NCBI GenBank assembly: GCA_963726745.1
Contig: CAVSDR010000002.1
Location: 64,001 to 128,000 of the forward strand
Direction: 5' to 3'
Length of the DNA: 64,000 bases
From: an uncultured Verrucomicrobiae bacterium
GTDB lineage: Bacteria; Verrucomicrobiota; Verrucomicrobiia; Chthoniobacterales; UBA10450
Made by a program: the position numbers and the translations under genes. Shown one piece after another: positions 9,214 through 18,914 of the stretch. A model generated the notes under the pieces. It saw only the letters and a program-made list of their open reading frames with translations, ran no database searches and was not told the origin of the DNA. How positions within the stretch are numbered: position 1 is the stretch's first letter; each line of letters begins with the position of its first letter.

Positions 9214-10731
9214 GTGAACTACCGAAATTTTCTTCTCGCGATCGGCCTGGCCGCCCACGCCTCCGCCCAGAGTATTGCCCTGCCCTGGAGTGGGCATGGG
9301 CACGATCCGCAACACAGCGGCATCTCGCGTTTTCCGGCGCAAAGTTTGGAGCAGGTGCGCTGGCAGATGCCGGTGGATCTCGACCGCACTTATTGGGGCA
9401 CGCGTCTTCTCATTCACTACGGCTCCGCGGTCGTGACCCGGGCGAATACGGTCATCGTGCCGGTGAAAACCGGCGCCGACGATGGCTTCCGCCTCGAGGC
9501 GCGGGCCGCGGCCGATGGCGCGGTGCGGTGGATCCTGCCGACCGATTACTCGCTCCCGCCGCATAGTTGGGTCCCGGCCTGCGGGATCGCTTTGACGCCA
9601 AAGGGCCGGCTGTTTTTCCCTGCGGCCGGCGGGACGGTCCGCTTCCGCGACGATCCCGACGCGGCCAGCGGCGCGACCGGGCAGATCGCGTTCTATGGCG
9701 CGGCGCAGTACGCCGCAGCGCCCGCCACCTTCAACAGCAACGTTAAGATCTCTACCCCGATCACCACCGATCGCTACGGGAACCTCTTCTTCGGCTTTGT
9801 GGTCCTGGGTCCGAACCCAGCCAATCTCCAAAGCGGGCTCGCCCGCATCGGGGAAGATGGCGTCGCCACTTGGATTTCCGCCGCCACCGCGGCCGCAGAC
9901 AGCAACATCACCCGCGTGCTCATGAATTGCGCCCCCGCCTTGAGCCACGATCAAAAAACGCTCTACCTCGCCGTCACCACGGCCGGCGACTACGGCAGCG
10001 GCTACCTCGTCGCCTTCGACAGCCGCACGCTTGCGCCGCTCCACCGCGTGCTCTTGAAGGACGCCCGGGACCCCACGCGCAATGCCATCTTGCCCGTCGA
10101 TGGGAGCAGCTCGCCCACCGTCGGGCCGGATGGCGATGTCTATTTTGGCGTGCTCGAGCAGCCGTTCTACTCGAATAACCTCCGCGGCTGGCTGCTGCAT
10201 TTCGACAGCTCGTTAGGCGAGACCCGCACGCCGGGCGCCTTCGGTTGGGACGATACCGCCACGATCGTGCCCGCGAGCAGCGTCCCCGGCTACGCCGGCG
10301 CCTCCTCCTATCTCGTGATGACAAAGTCGAACAACTACGTCTCCGGCGGCGGCGATGGGGTGAATCGCCTCGCGCTTCTCGACCCGCAAGCGACCATGAC
10401 CGACCCGGTCACAGGCATCGCCGTCATGCAGGAAATCCTCACCGTCGCCGGGCCCACGCCGGATTGGGAATATCCAAACGTTCCCGGCGCCGTTCGCGAA
10501 TGGTGCGTCAATGCCGCCGCCTACGACCCCGTGACCAGCTCGGTCTTCGCCGCAAATGAAGATGGCAAGCTCTACCGCTGGGACCTCGCGAGTAACACCC
10601 TCGCGCAGGTCCTGACCCTCACCGATGGCATCGGCGAGGCCTACACGCCCACGGTCATCGGCGTGGATGGCACCGTCTACGCCGTAGCCAATGGCCTCCT
10701 CTTCGCCGCCGGGACCGCCGCCTCCCCATGA
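9214..10731 (+). CDS. Secreted beta-propeller (PQQ-like repeat) protein
   Basis: Signal peptide (AHASAQ), WSGHGHDPQHSG, repeated blade motifs SSPTVGPDGDVYFG and YTPTVIGVDGTVY. Confidence 0.7.
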   Translation: MNYRNFLLAIGLAAHASAQSIALPWSGHGHDPQHSGISRFPAQSLEQVRWQMPVDLDRTYWGTRLLIHYGSAVVTRANTVIVPVKTGADDGFRLEARAAADGAVRWILPTDYSLPPHSWVPACGIALTPKGRLFFPAAGGTVRFRDDPDAASGATGQIAFYGAAQYAAAPATFNSNVKISTPITTDRYGNLFFGFVVLGPNPANLQSGLARIGEDGVATWISAATAAADSNITRVLMNCAPALSHDQKTLYLAVTTAGDYGSGYLVAFDSRTLAPLHRVLLKDARDPTRNAILPVDGSSSPTVGPDGDVYFGVLEQPFYSNNLRGWLLHFDSSLGETRTPGAFGWDDTATIVPASSVPGYAGASSYLVMTKSNNYVSGGGDGVNRLALLDPQATMTDPVTGIAVMQEILTVAGPTPDWEYPNVPGAVREWCVNAAAYDPVTSSVFAANEDGKLYRWDLASNTLAQVLTLTDGIGEAYTPTVIGVDGTVYAVANGLLFAAGTAASP

Positions 10732-11874
10732 GCCGCCACGCGCCAAAGTGCTGCCTCTTTTTCCTCTTGGCCGCGGCCACGCTGGCGCGCGCCGAACTCA
10801 CGGTCGCGTTAACCGCAGCGGTGCAGAATAGCGCCCGCGGCCGCGAGGTCGTCCTTCGCGGCACGCTCATCAACACGAGCGCGTCCGGGAAGCTTTACCT
10901 CAACAACATCGACGTCACCTGGAGCGGCCAGGCCGCGGCCCAACTGAGCCTGCTGCCTAACGAGTTCTTCGCCAATGTGCCCGGCGTGCTCCTTCCCGGC
11001 GAAGCCTACACCGCCTCCGATCTGGTCCACGTTTCCCTCAGTCCGACCGCGCCTGCCGGCGACTACAGTGGCACACTCTCGCTAAGCGGCGGCAGCTCGA
11101 TCTCCGCGGAGGACGAGCTCGCGGTCGCCGCTTTCACCGTGCTCTCGCCGGAGCGTGAGCGTCGCTGCCACGGATGCGAGCGCGGCCGAGTTTCCCCTCG
11201 ATCCGGGCACATTCACGCTCACGCGCACCGGGGGCACCGCGATCGAGTTGCCGGTTGTCTTCGAGCTTGCCGGGAGTGCGCTCAACGGCGTCGCCTACCA
11301 GGCGCTTCCGGCGCAGTGGGTTATTCCCGCCGGCAGCAGCACGGCCACGCTCACGGTCATGCCGATTCCCAATCAGCTCGCCGAGGGCGACCGCCTGGCC
11401 GCGCTCAGCCTCACGGCGACGCCGGCTTACAACCGCGCCGCGGCTGCCGGCGCCAGCGCCACGATCACGATCCACGACAAGCCAGCCGACGCCTGGCGTT
11501 TTGCCCACTTCGGCGCGCAGGCGAACGATCCCGCCGCGGCCGATGCCGCCGATTGGGACGGCGATGGCCTAACGAACCTGGAGGAGTTCGCGCTCGCGCT
11601 CGATCCGAAAGTGCCTGGCCGCGCAGGCCTGCCCGAGGCCGCGAAGAGCGCTGGCTATTTCACTTTGTCTTTCCTCCCGAATCCCGCGGCCATAGACGTC
11701 CTCTTCCTCGTCGAAGGCTCCGCCGAGCTCGGGAGCTGGAGCGTGACGCGCGCCCAGCAGCTTCTCCTCGTGGACCCGCAGCCGCCCGGCCTCCGGGTCT
11801 ACCGTTACGTCGACCCCATCAACGTCGCACCCCGCGGCTTCCTGCGCCTGCGCCTCGACCGGCTCGACCTCTAA
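10728..11874 (+). CDS. Secreted multidomain protein (Ig-like + Calx-beta-like + DxDGDG Ca-loop + C-terminal RGFLRLRL); one +1 frameshift near 11151
   Basis: The 10728 frame (signal peptide) joins the 11155..11874 frame at VLSP/SVSVAATD; VSVAATDASAAE..GTFTLTRTG (Calx-beta-like), DWDGDGLTNLEEFA. Confidence 0.7.
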
Positions 11875-11982
11875 GCCGTCTGCCGGCAACATGTAGCCGC
11901 CCGCGGCGTCGGTGCGCTCCTCTTCCGCGCCCCCGTTTTTCCTCTGGAAAGCGCCCGACGTGCGTCTATCTTCGACGCCTTT

Positions 11983-12057
11983 GCGCGATTAGCTCAGTGG
12001 TAGAGCGCTTGCTTCACACGCAAGAAGTCGCAGGTTCGAACCCTGCATCGCGCACCA
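11983..12057 (+). tRNA. tRNA-Val (anticodon CAC)
   Basis: GCGCGAT acceptor stem pairing with ATCGCGC + ACCA; D-arm AGCTCAGTGGTAGAGC; anticodon arm CTTGC-TTCACAC-GCAAG; T-loop GGTTCGAACC. Confidence 0.97.
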
Positions 12058-12080
12058 TCTCCCGGCCGAGAAGTTGCCGC

Positions 12081-12425
12081 CTATTCTCCGCCGAGCGCAT
12101 TTCGCGCCGCGATCCATTCCTCGACTGGCTTCCCGCCCAGCAGATGCTCCTGCACGATCCGCTCGAAGCGTTTCGGGGTGACCTTTCCATACCAGACGCC
12201 CTCCGGGTAGACCACCAGCCACGGCCCGGAGTGGCAAATGCGAAAGCAGGCTGCCTTGGTTCGCAGGAGCGGCAGATCGAGTTCCTTCGTCCGTTGTTTG
12301 ATGTATTCCCAAGTGGCCTGCCCCTTCTCCAGCGCACAACAATCCGGCCCCAGGCAGAGAAACAAATGCCGCGTGGCCCGGGCCACCTGCGCTTTGCGCA
12401 AACCTTGCTCTACCTGCGGATTCAT
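12081..12425 (-). CDS. Thioredoxin-like [2Fe-2S] ferredoxin
   Basis: HLFLC..PDCC, TKAACFRICHSGPWLVVYPEGVWY..V..IVQEHL.GG.PV. Confidence 0.88.
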   Translation of the reverse strand: MNPQVEQGLRKAQVARATRHLFLCLGPDCCALEKGQATWEYIKQRTKELDLPLLRTKAACFRICHSGPWLVVYPEGVWYGKVTPKRFERIVQEHLLGGKPVEEWIAARNALGGE

Positions 12426-12502
12426 TGCCCGAAGCTTACCGCTTCCTCCTTTTGCCGAAAGCGTCGGTTGTTCAAGAGAAAGGGAACTGGAAACGAAACG
12501 CC

Positions 12503-13009
12503 CTAGGTGAACGGCTCGCCGCCGGCCCGTTCACGAGCACTCTCGGCGGCCATCCGCGCCGCGAAGGCCTCGAATTCCCGGAGGTCTGCCTCCTCTTCTT
12601 CCGGGGTTAAGACTCGCGGAAAAGTCCGCCCGGGATGAAAGAGGTCGGTGCCGTCTGGACGGCGCAGGTAAGAATCGCAATCGCAGCAGAACACGCAGGA
12701 GTAATGTTTTCCCGTCGCCTCCAGCTCGTCCCAAAGATCATAACTCTCCTGATCCATCTCGTGGAGAAACGTCCCGGGGACCTCGAGCAGCGGGAGGCGT
12801 TCCCGGTCGTTCTCGTCGAACCGCATCACGCTCACCGGGCTCCGGTTGAGCGTCGGTTGTGCGATCCACCAGGCTTCTATTTGGGCCGCCGTCTGCGGCA
12901 CGATCCAGAAGTCGCGGTCGTAATCCGCTTTGTTGATCCGAAGGACGACCAGCTTGTCCGGATTGGCCAAGGCTCGGCGCACCTTCTCCGCGGTGAAGGA
13001 TTCGCTCAT
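12503..13009 (-). CDS. Hypothetical protein with a Cys cluster (CVFCCDC)
   Basis: ATG-started ORF with protein-like composition; no family recognised. Confidence 0.6.
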   Translation of the reverse strand: MSESFTAEKVRRALANPDKLVVLRINKADYDRDFWIVPQTAAQIEAWWIAQPTLNRSPVSVMRFDENDRERLPLLEVPGTFLHEMDQESYDLWDELEATGKHYSCVFCCDCDSYLRRPDGTDLFHPGRTFPRVLTPEEEEADLREFEAFAARMAAESARERAGGEPFT

Positions 13010-13485
13010 GGGGCGGGGATGGTCGGACGACCGAGGGTTCCTTGCAAGCGCGAAAATGACAAGCCCACCTCTCCCGGCAGGCAGTGAGCGAATGTGCTAA
13101 TGAATCCAAGCCTGGGCCGCGTAACCCGCCGAGACTTACTGACTCGTTAGCTGCCGGGAGTATGCGCTAGGGTTGCGTGCGCTCTTTGATCAAACGGCGC
13201 TGCGCGTTGGCAAACTTGGCGCTCGCCCCGCCGACGCCCGCTCTTCCTCGGCGCCGGGCCGCTCGGCCGCCCGCGCGCGCGGGGCGAGGGGAACACAAGA
13301 GCGTTCTGCCGCTCTTTAGTGGAAACGCTCGGCCGCGACCTGCGCCTTGCTCTACCCTTAGATCCGGTGATTCTGCGTGCTCCCTTCGCGAACGAAAGCG
13401 GAGGGAGGAAGATCGAGATCGGTGGAAGGTGACCCGCTTCGCTAAGCTTAGCTTACTCCCTATGATCGGGGTCTGGTTTTCGAAC

Positions 13486-13992
13486 TCATCTGCCTACCTC
13501 ATTTCGCTGGTCGTCCCTTTCTGAAGCCTTAGCTCCATTGAGTTGCCACAGTTGGTAGCTCCACCACGCGGCGAATATTAGGTAGCCGCCATAGATGAGG
13601 AATAACCCCGCGCCGAAAGGATAGGCGGACCTCAGAAAGCCGACGAGGACCGCGACAAGGAGGGCGTAGGGAATGAAGGCACGAAAGCTGAGCCGAAGGT
13701 CGCGCCAACGAAAGAAGAAGACGTTCCAAAGCGCGTTCGCGAGGAGCACAAGCAAGAGCAGGCAAAAGGCCGTGCGCGCTCCCGGCGTGAAGGCGCTCGC
13801 CAGGAGCGAATGGAGGACGATAAAGCCGAAGGCGTAGAACGCGCCGCCAATTGCAAGCCAGAGCGGAAATGGCGGGGAGTAGGGCGGGAGGCGCAACTCC
13901 GCGAAGCGTTGCCGTACTCCTCGACCAGCTGCCGCGCCCTCCAAGGCAGCCGCCACCAGGCAAATGAGGAGAGCGATAAGCGTGGCTTTCAC
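13486..13992 (-). CDS. TspO/MBR family tryptophan-rich sensory membrane protein
   Basis: ELRLPPYSPPFPLW, NALWNVFFF, final PY/WW..YQLWQLN-type helix; start taken at GTG 13992. Confidence 0.75.
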   Translation of the reverse strand: MKATLIALLICLVAAALEGAAAGRGVRQRFAELRLPPYSPPFPLWLAIGGAFYAFGFIVLHSLLASAFTPGARTAFCLLLLVLLANALWNVFFFRWRDLRLSFRAFIPYALLVAVLVGFLRSAYPFGAGLFLIYGGYLIFAAWWSYQLWQLNGAKASERDDQRNEVGR

Positions 13993-14285
13993 TTGGTGCT
14001 CGCTATTCCGCGCGCGGGGCATGGAGCGACGCTGTCCGAAAAGTCCTCGCGCCGGCGGCAAACCTCGAGCGCCGGCCATGCCATGCCCAAGCATGGGCGC
14101 CGACGACCTCGGCTGGATATCGATCCGTCGGCACAGGCTTCATTTAGATTCGAGTGCAGGCGGCTCGTGCGCCGGCAACGTAAGCCGCGCGCCGTCAACG
14201 AACGTCCAGGTAGCACCGTGGTTTCCAGAGACGGTCACGAGCGGGTTGCGAGCGGCCCGGGGCGTTGGTTCCGGCAAGGATGCGC

Positions 14286-14771
14286 TCAAAAGAGTAAAGG
14301 CTTGATCAGCTCGGTGCGCCAGTTTGCAGGGTCGGGGCTCGACTCCGGTCCGGTAAGGTAACACTGGTAGAGGTCGGCCGCGGGGTTGTGGCCGTGGGCC
14401 TCGATCCAATCGAGGAATTCGCTCCAAGCCACGCCGAGTTCCTCGTAGTCGCCATGAAAGACCGTGCGGGCGGCGCGCATGGCGGGCCACTGGCCGGACT
14501 GGACACGGCCGGCTGGGGCGACCGGCGCGCTCAGGGGGACGCCGATCTCGAAATCCCAGTGGTCGGGGGCGATGGCGAAATGGTGGTCGAACCATGATCC
14601 AGTGGGCTGGAGGCCCTGAGCAGAAACGGTGGACATGAGTTCGCGGAGGCTTGGACCCATCACGTTTCGGATTTCATCCTTCGGGATGGTGAGATGAATC
14701 AGGGCGATAAGGCGAGTTTCTGTCTGGATGATCTGGGGCTGGTCGAGCATGAGCGATGAGTGGGTCGGCAT
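14286..14771 (-). CDS. GyrI-like small-molecule-binding domain protein
   Basis: DFEIGVP, ARTVFHGDYEELGVAW, YLTGPESSPDPANWRTEL. Confidence 0.85.
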   Translation of the reverse strand: MPTHSSLMLDQPQIIQTETRLIALIHLTIPKDEIRNVMGPSLRELMSTVSAQGLQPTGSWFDHHFAIAPDHWDFEIGVPLSAPVAPAGRVQSGQWPAMRAARTVFHGDYEELGVAWSEFLDWIEAHGHNPAADLYQCYLTGPESSPDPANWRTELIKPLLF

Positions 14772-14863
14772 TTTTTAAGTGGATTGGGAACGGCTAACGA
14801 AATGAGTAACTAAAGCTGGCAAGCAAGAGTAAGGTAGAACGCACCAGCGGAGTCCGGGCATGG

Positions 14864-15526
14864 CTACGGTTCGCTCATCGGCTGTCGCAGGATGGTTCTC
14901 CAATTCAAGGGGTTCGCACGCCGGATATCGCTAAGGTAGATCTCGTGGTGCTTTCCGGCCAGGCTGGCGCGGGTCTCGATATGGGCATGCAGTTTCGCGA
15001 TCGTAGGACCTTCCGTGGTGAACGGGCCGACGTGAAGAATTTGCGCACAGCGTCCTTCGGCGAACTCCTGCAGCCGCAGTTTCTCGAGCGCGGGAAGGTT
15101 CTTCTTTCGCCGGACGGCGGCGATGGCTTCCGTGATGGTGCCCTCCCGGACGAACGAAGGCTGCAGGATCATCATGGTCCACTGCCAGTGCGTCTTATCT
15201 CCTGTGAGGAAAGCGGACATGTCGTCGGCCCACCAAAGTCCTTCGAGCGGCATGACTGCGTAGTCAATTTTCTGCGGCCCTTTCTTCACGGCAAACTTCG
15301 CCGTGTAGGAGACGCTGAATAAGGCTTCCACCGCCTGCGCATAGTCGGGCGAAGTGTTCGGATCGCCGCAGCCGTCGAGCATGAGATAACGCAGCGGCGG
15401 GAGGGTGACTTCCGCGACTTCCCTGGCTGAGACTTGGTAGAACTCTTTTAGCTCCTTCTTCAGGTCGATCTTTCCCGTCGAGGCTGCGGCATTGACGCGC
15501 CCACCCTTCTCAGCGCGCGTAATCAT
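14864..15526 (-). CDS. GyrI-like domain protein (Lin2189-like)
   Basis: KIDLKKELKEFY, DGCGDPN, YAVMPLEGLWW, CAQILHVGPF, HHEIYLSDIRR..WRTILRQP. Confidence 0.88.
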   Translation of the reverse strand: MITRAEKGGRVNAAASTGKIDLKKELKEFYQVSAREVAEVTLPPLRYLMLDGCGDPNTSPDYAQAVEALFSVSYTAKFAVKKGPQKIDYAVMPLEGLWWADDMSAFLTGDKTHWQWTMMILQPSFVREGTITEAIAAVRRKKNLPALEKLRLQEFAEGRCAQILHVGPFTTEGPTIAKLHAHIETRASLAGKHHEIYLSDIRRANPLNWRTILRQPMSEP

Positions 15527-15839
15527 TCGGCGTCTGATGCGGGAAGGCTCCGTCGCCGTAGGAGCGAAGCACCTCGGAGATGACGATATGGTAGCCCTTA
15601 TACCAGCGGGAATACTGGCGCTTTGCCTCCAGGTGGGCGGGGTGATTAGAGAATTCTTTTAACGATTCGAGATCATCCCAGTAGTAGGTGGCATTCCGGC
15701 GCCGGCCGTCGGGCGAGACCCAGGAATCCACTCCGCGGAAAGCGCGCAGGGAACGGGCGACTTCGTCGATAAGGGCGTTCAGCCGATGAAACTCTTCGTC
15801 GTAGTCGCCCGGCTCGAAGATGAAGGCGGCGGAATACAT
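15510..15839 (-). CDS. Antibiotic biosynthesis monooxygenase (ABM) family protein
   Basis: YYWDDLESLKEFSNHPAHLEAK..WYKGY..ISEVLRSY; start taken at ATG 15839. Confidence 0.8.
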   Translation of the reverse strand: MYSAAFIFEPGDYDEEFHRLNALIDEVARSLRAFRGVDSWVSPDGRRRNATYYWDDLESLKEFSNHPAHLEAKRQYSRWYKGYHIVISEVLRSYGDGAFPHQTPNDYAR

Positions 15840-15923
15840 CGGCGGAAGGGAAGACAAGGTCGTCGGGCGAACAATCTCTCAAGGTAGCGCCACGCTGCAA
15901 GTGCTCTGGGATTTCCGCGGAGC

Positions 15924-17627
15924 CTACGGTGCCTTTGACGGCGGGATGTCTTCCTCGTGCACACCGGGCTCGGTGGAGCCGCGCTCGTGTTCTTTCCCGC
16001 GCGTGACCGAAGCATCCGCGGGCCGGGTTTCCTCTTCGTGCAGGCGCTCGAGCGCGAGGCGGGTACGGGGGAGACTGCCGGGGTGATGTTGCCGGATAAA
16101 TTCGATCAAGCCCTCGCGCACCTCGCAGCGGAGGTCGAAGGTTTTCCCTGGGCTGGAGCTGCTGACGACGGCGCGGACCTGGACGGTGCGCTCGTTCGCC
16201 TCGGTCACCTGGAGGGCGCAGACTTTCCGGTCCCACTTATCGTTGCTTTCGAGGAGGCGCTTGAGCTCCCGGCGCAATTCGCCCAGCGGCACCTGGTAAT
16301 CGAGATGGAGAAAGACAGTACCTAACAAGTCGGTAGAGACGCGGCTCCAGTTCTGGAAAGGCTTCTCGACAAAGTAAGTAATGGGCAGAACCAGGCGGCG
16401 CAGGTCCCAGGTGCGCACGGTCACGTAGGTCAAGGTGATCTCTTCGATCTGCCCGTACTCGCCTTCGACCAGGACGAGATCGTCGAGGAGGAACGGTTGA
16501 GTTAAGGCGATCTGGATGCCGGCGAGTAAATTACCCAGCGTTTTCTGCGCGGCGAAGCCAAGGACCACGCCGGCGATACCCGCGGAAGCGAGAATGCTGG
16601 TGCCGAATTGCCGGACCGGGTCGAAGAGCATGAGGATGGAGCCGACGGAAAGCACGACCACGGCGGCGACGACGATCTTCCGGATGACAGAGACCTGGGT
16701 GTAAATGCGGCGCGCGGAGAGATTGTCGGCGACATCGAGGCGATGCTTCCGCAGGAGCGCGCGCTGGACCGAGCGGACCCCGCGGATGATGAGGAAGGAA
16801 AGTCCGGCGATGAGGACCATGGCGAAACCCTTTTGCGTGACCCAGGCCCATTCAGCCGGCAATTTCAGCAGCGGCAGGAGAAGGATCACCGCCAGCAGCG
16901 GGACGGCGAGACGCAGCGTTTGGCCAAGGACAGGGGCGAGAACATTGTTGAGCACGCTGCCGCTGCGCTCGGCCCATTGCCGGAGCTTTTTCTCGACCAC
17001 GCGCGCGCCGCGCCAGAGGACCCAGAAGACCGCGATGACGTTTCCCGCATAGAGAATCCCGGTGAGGAGGCCGGCGAGGAAGAGCTTGGTCGAGCGGGGC
17101 TCCATGCCCTCGACCACCGGGATGAGCGCGAAGAAACCGCCCACCAGACAGGCGAAAAGCGCGAACGGCTTTCGCACCGCGGCCGCGGTTAAGGCGAGCC
17201 AGGTCTGGTGCTCGGGCGATTCGATCCGCCCGGCGCGCCACCGGACGAACCAGAGGAACAACGACGTCAGCCCGGCGAGCAGCGCCAGCAGACCGCCGCT
17301 CGCGAACAGGCGCATCCAGGTCACGCGCCCGCAAACGCGCTGCTGGAGGAAAGGGCGGCCGCTTTCCTTCGCCAGGCGGTCGAGCCAGCGGCTAAACTCG
17401 ACCCCGCGCTCGTAGGTTTTGGTGCGCTCGGCCGCAGCCCGCTCGGCCGAGAGCTCGGCCAGGGGTGGGACGAGGAAGGATTCCTCGGTGGACGTCCCCG
17501 GCGAGGGTGAAGGATTCGGCTCCGCCGCGAAAGCCACGGCGCAGGACGACAAAAAAAGAACCGAGACGACGAGCAGCGGGCCGGCAATCGCCCCGCAGTG
17601 AACGCGGACGGTGCGCGAGAGATGCAT
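15924..17627 (-). CDS. Small-conductance mechanosensitive channel (MscS family)
   Basis: SILASAGIAGVVLGFAAQKTLGNLLAG, GQIEEITLTYVTVRTWDLRRLVLP. Confidence 0.9.
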   Translation of the reverse strand: MHLSRTVRVHCGAIAGPLLVVSVLFLSSCAVAFAAEPNPSPSPGTSTEESFLVPPLAELSAERAAAERTKTYERGVEFSRWLDRLAKESGRPFLQQRVCGRVTWMRLFASGGLLALLAGLTSLFLWFVRWRAGRIESPEHQTWLALTAAAVRKPFALFACLVGGFFALIPVVEGMEPRSTKLFLAGLLTGILYAGNVIAVFWVLWRGARVVEKKLRQWAERSGSVLNNVLAPVLGQTLRLAVPLLAVILLLPLLKLPAEWAWVTQKGFAMVLIAGLSFLIIRGVRSVQRALLRKHRLDVADNLSARRIYTQVSVIRKIVVAAVVVLSVGSILMLFDPVRQFGTSILASAGIAGVVLGFAAQKTLGNLLAGIQIALTQPFLLDDLVLVEGEYGQIEEITLTYVTVRTWDLRRLVLPITYFVEKPFQNWSRVSTDLLGTVFLHLDYQVPLGELRRELKRLLESNDKWDRKVCALQVTEANERTVQVRAVVSSSSPGKTFDLRCEVREGLIEFIRQHHPGSLPRTRLALERLHEEETRPADASVTRGKEHERGSTEPGVHEEDIPPSKAP

Positions 17628-17783
17628 CGTTCATCCATCACACAGAGGCAGGCTCAATGCACCTGCGCAGGGAGAGACAAAACTCGCGGCCCGGAAAAGA
17701 GGCTCCTCTTTTGGTGGCCCAGTCCTTCCCCCGTCGCTTCGAGGTCGGGTTGCGCAGCGAGGGGCGCATCTTTATAGAGACGA

Positions 17784-18227
17784 ATGTCCGAACACAAAGT
17801 TTCTCTGAAGTGGGAACGCGGCGAGGCCGAGTTCTCCTATCAAAAATATCCGCGCGATCACACCTGGACCTTTGATGGCGGCCATTCGATGACGGCGACC
17901 GCGGCCCCGGCCTACCTGGGCAATCCGGCGAATGTGGACCCGGAGGAAGCCTTTGTAGCTTCGCTTTCGAGCTGCCACATGCTCACCTTCCTGGCGATCG
18001 CGTGTAAGCAGAAGTTCGTGCTCGAGTCCTACGAGGACGAGGCGGTGGGCCACATGGAAAAGAACGCCGACGGCAAAATGGCGATCACGCGCGTGGAGCT
18101 GCACCCGAAGATCAAGTGGGGCGGCGAGCGGGAGCCGACGGCCGAGGAGCTGGAGAAGATCCACCACGCGGCGCACGACAATTGTTTCATCGCGAACTCG
18201 GTCAAAACCGAAGTCACGGTGAAATAG
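17784..18227 (+). CDS. OsmC/Ohr family peroxiredoxin-like protein
   Basis: DPEEAFVASLSSCHMLTFL and HDNCFIANSVK (two conserved Cys). Confidence 0.9.
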   Translation: MSEHKVSLKWERGEAEFSYQKYPRDHTWTFDGGHSMTATAAPAYLGNPANVDPEEAFVASLSSCHMLTFLAIACKQKFVLESYEDEAVGHMEKNADGKMAITRVELHPKIKWGGEREPTAEELEKIHHAAHDNCFIANSVKTEVTVK

Positions 18228-18253
18228 CCAGCGCTTTCACTTATCCCCAAACG

Positions 18254-18292
18254 ACGGCCGGCACGCTCTCGGGTGTGCCGGCCGTTTGCTTT
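18254..18292 (+). terminator. Intrinsic terminator between convergent OsmC and cupin genes (possibly bidirectional)
   Basis: Perfect 11-bp stem ACGGCCGGCAC (18254-18264) / GTGCCGGCCGT (18275-18285) followed by TTGCTTT. Confidence 0.7.
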
Positions 18293-18791
18293 ACGGCTTC
18301 GGCTTGCGCGGATCTTCGGCTGCGTTGGAGTACTCCATCCCGAAGGGGCCCATGGTGGTGATCTGGACGACCGTCGGGCCGGTAAAGCGGGCGTAGTGCG
18401 GGAGATTAGCCGGCAGGACGGCGTAGTCGCCGGCTTTCATCTCGGTGCCTGCGCCCGACGTTGCGCCCATGCCGAGATGCGCGGTGCCGGAAAGGACGGT
18501 GACGTGCTCGCTCGCAACATGTTGGTGCGCCGGAATCTGGTAGTCGCCAGTGGTCTGCAGGCGAATGGTGAAGAGGCCGGCCTTGCCGGGGTCGCCCTCG
18601 AGCACGGTCATCTTCGCGCCGGGCGGAAGGGCCGGCGGGACGTCGCCCCATTTGAGATCGGCGGCCTTGAGCATGATCGGCTGCGCGCTGGCAGCGGTGG
18701 TCGGGGCGGACGTTGCTTTTTCTTCGGAGGCGCGGGCGCAGAGCGCGCCCGCGAACGAGAGGGCGAGGATGGTGAGGAGGCGTAGTTTCAT
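18291..18791 (-). CDS. Secreted cupin-domain protein (DUF4437-like)
   Basis: Signal peptide; VLEGDPGKAGLFTIR, PAHQH..EHVTVLSG, PANLPHYA. Confidence 0.82.
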   Translation of the reverse strand: MKLRLLTILALSFAGALCARASEEKATSAPTTAASAQPIMLKAADLKWGDVPPALPPGAKMTVLEGDPGKAGLFTIRLQTTGDYQIPAHQHVASEHVTVLSGTAHLGMGATSGAGTEMKAGDYAVLPANLPHYARFTGPTVVQITTMGPFGMEYSNAAEDPRKPKP

Positions 18792-18914
18792 GGGAACCTT
18801 TCGGGTTGAGTGGCGACTGCCCTCTTTTGACCTGCCGGAAAGAATTTCCGCGGACAGGCAGCCGGTCGGGAGCATCTGCTGGCCGACGTGCGAACGAATG
18901 AACCTCGCACACAT

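Noticed and set aside
9100..10200. 505-aa minus-strand ORF 8683..10200
   Set aside because: Most of it is the antisense shadow of 9214..10731; only the last 138 codons (from ATG 9099) look real.
11155..12506. 592-aa ORF running through tRNA-Val
   Set aside because: It is created by the +1 frameshift near 11151; the downstream translation is Arg/Pro-rich nonsense.
11983..16000. tRNA-anchored integrative element or prophage at tRNA-Val (also checked at tRNA-Leu)
   Set aside because: No integrase, no phage genes and no duplicated tRNA 3' end were found in the window.
17695..17712. Inverted repeat AAAAGAG-GCTC-CTCTTTT in the mscS/osmC divergent region
   Set aside because: It is a single short occurrence that cannot be assigned as an operator or terminator from sequence alone.
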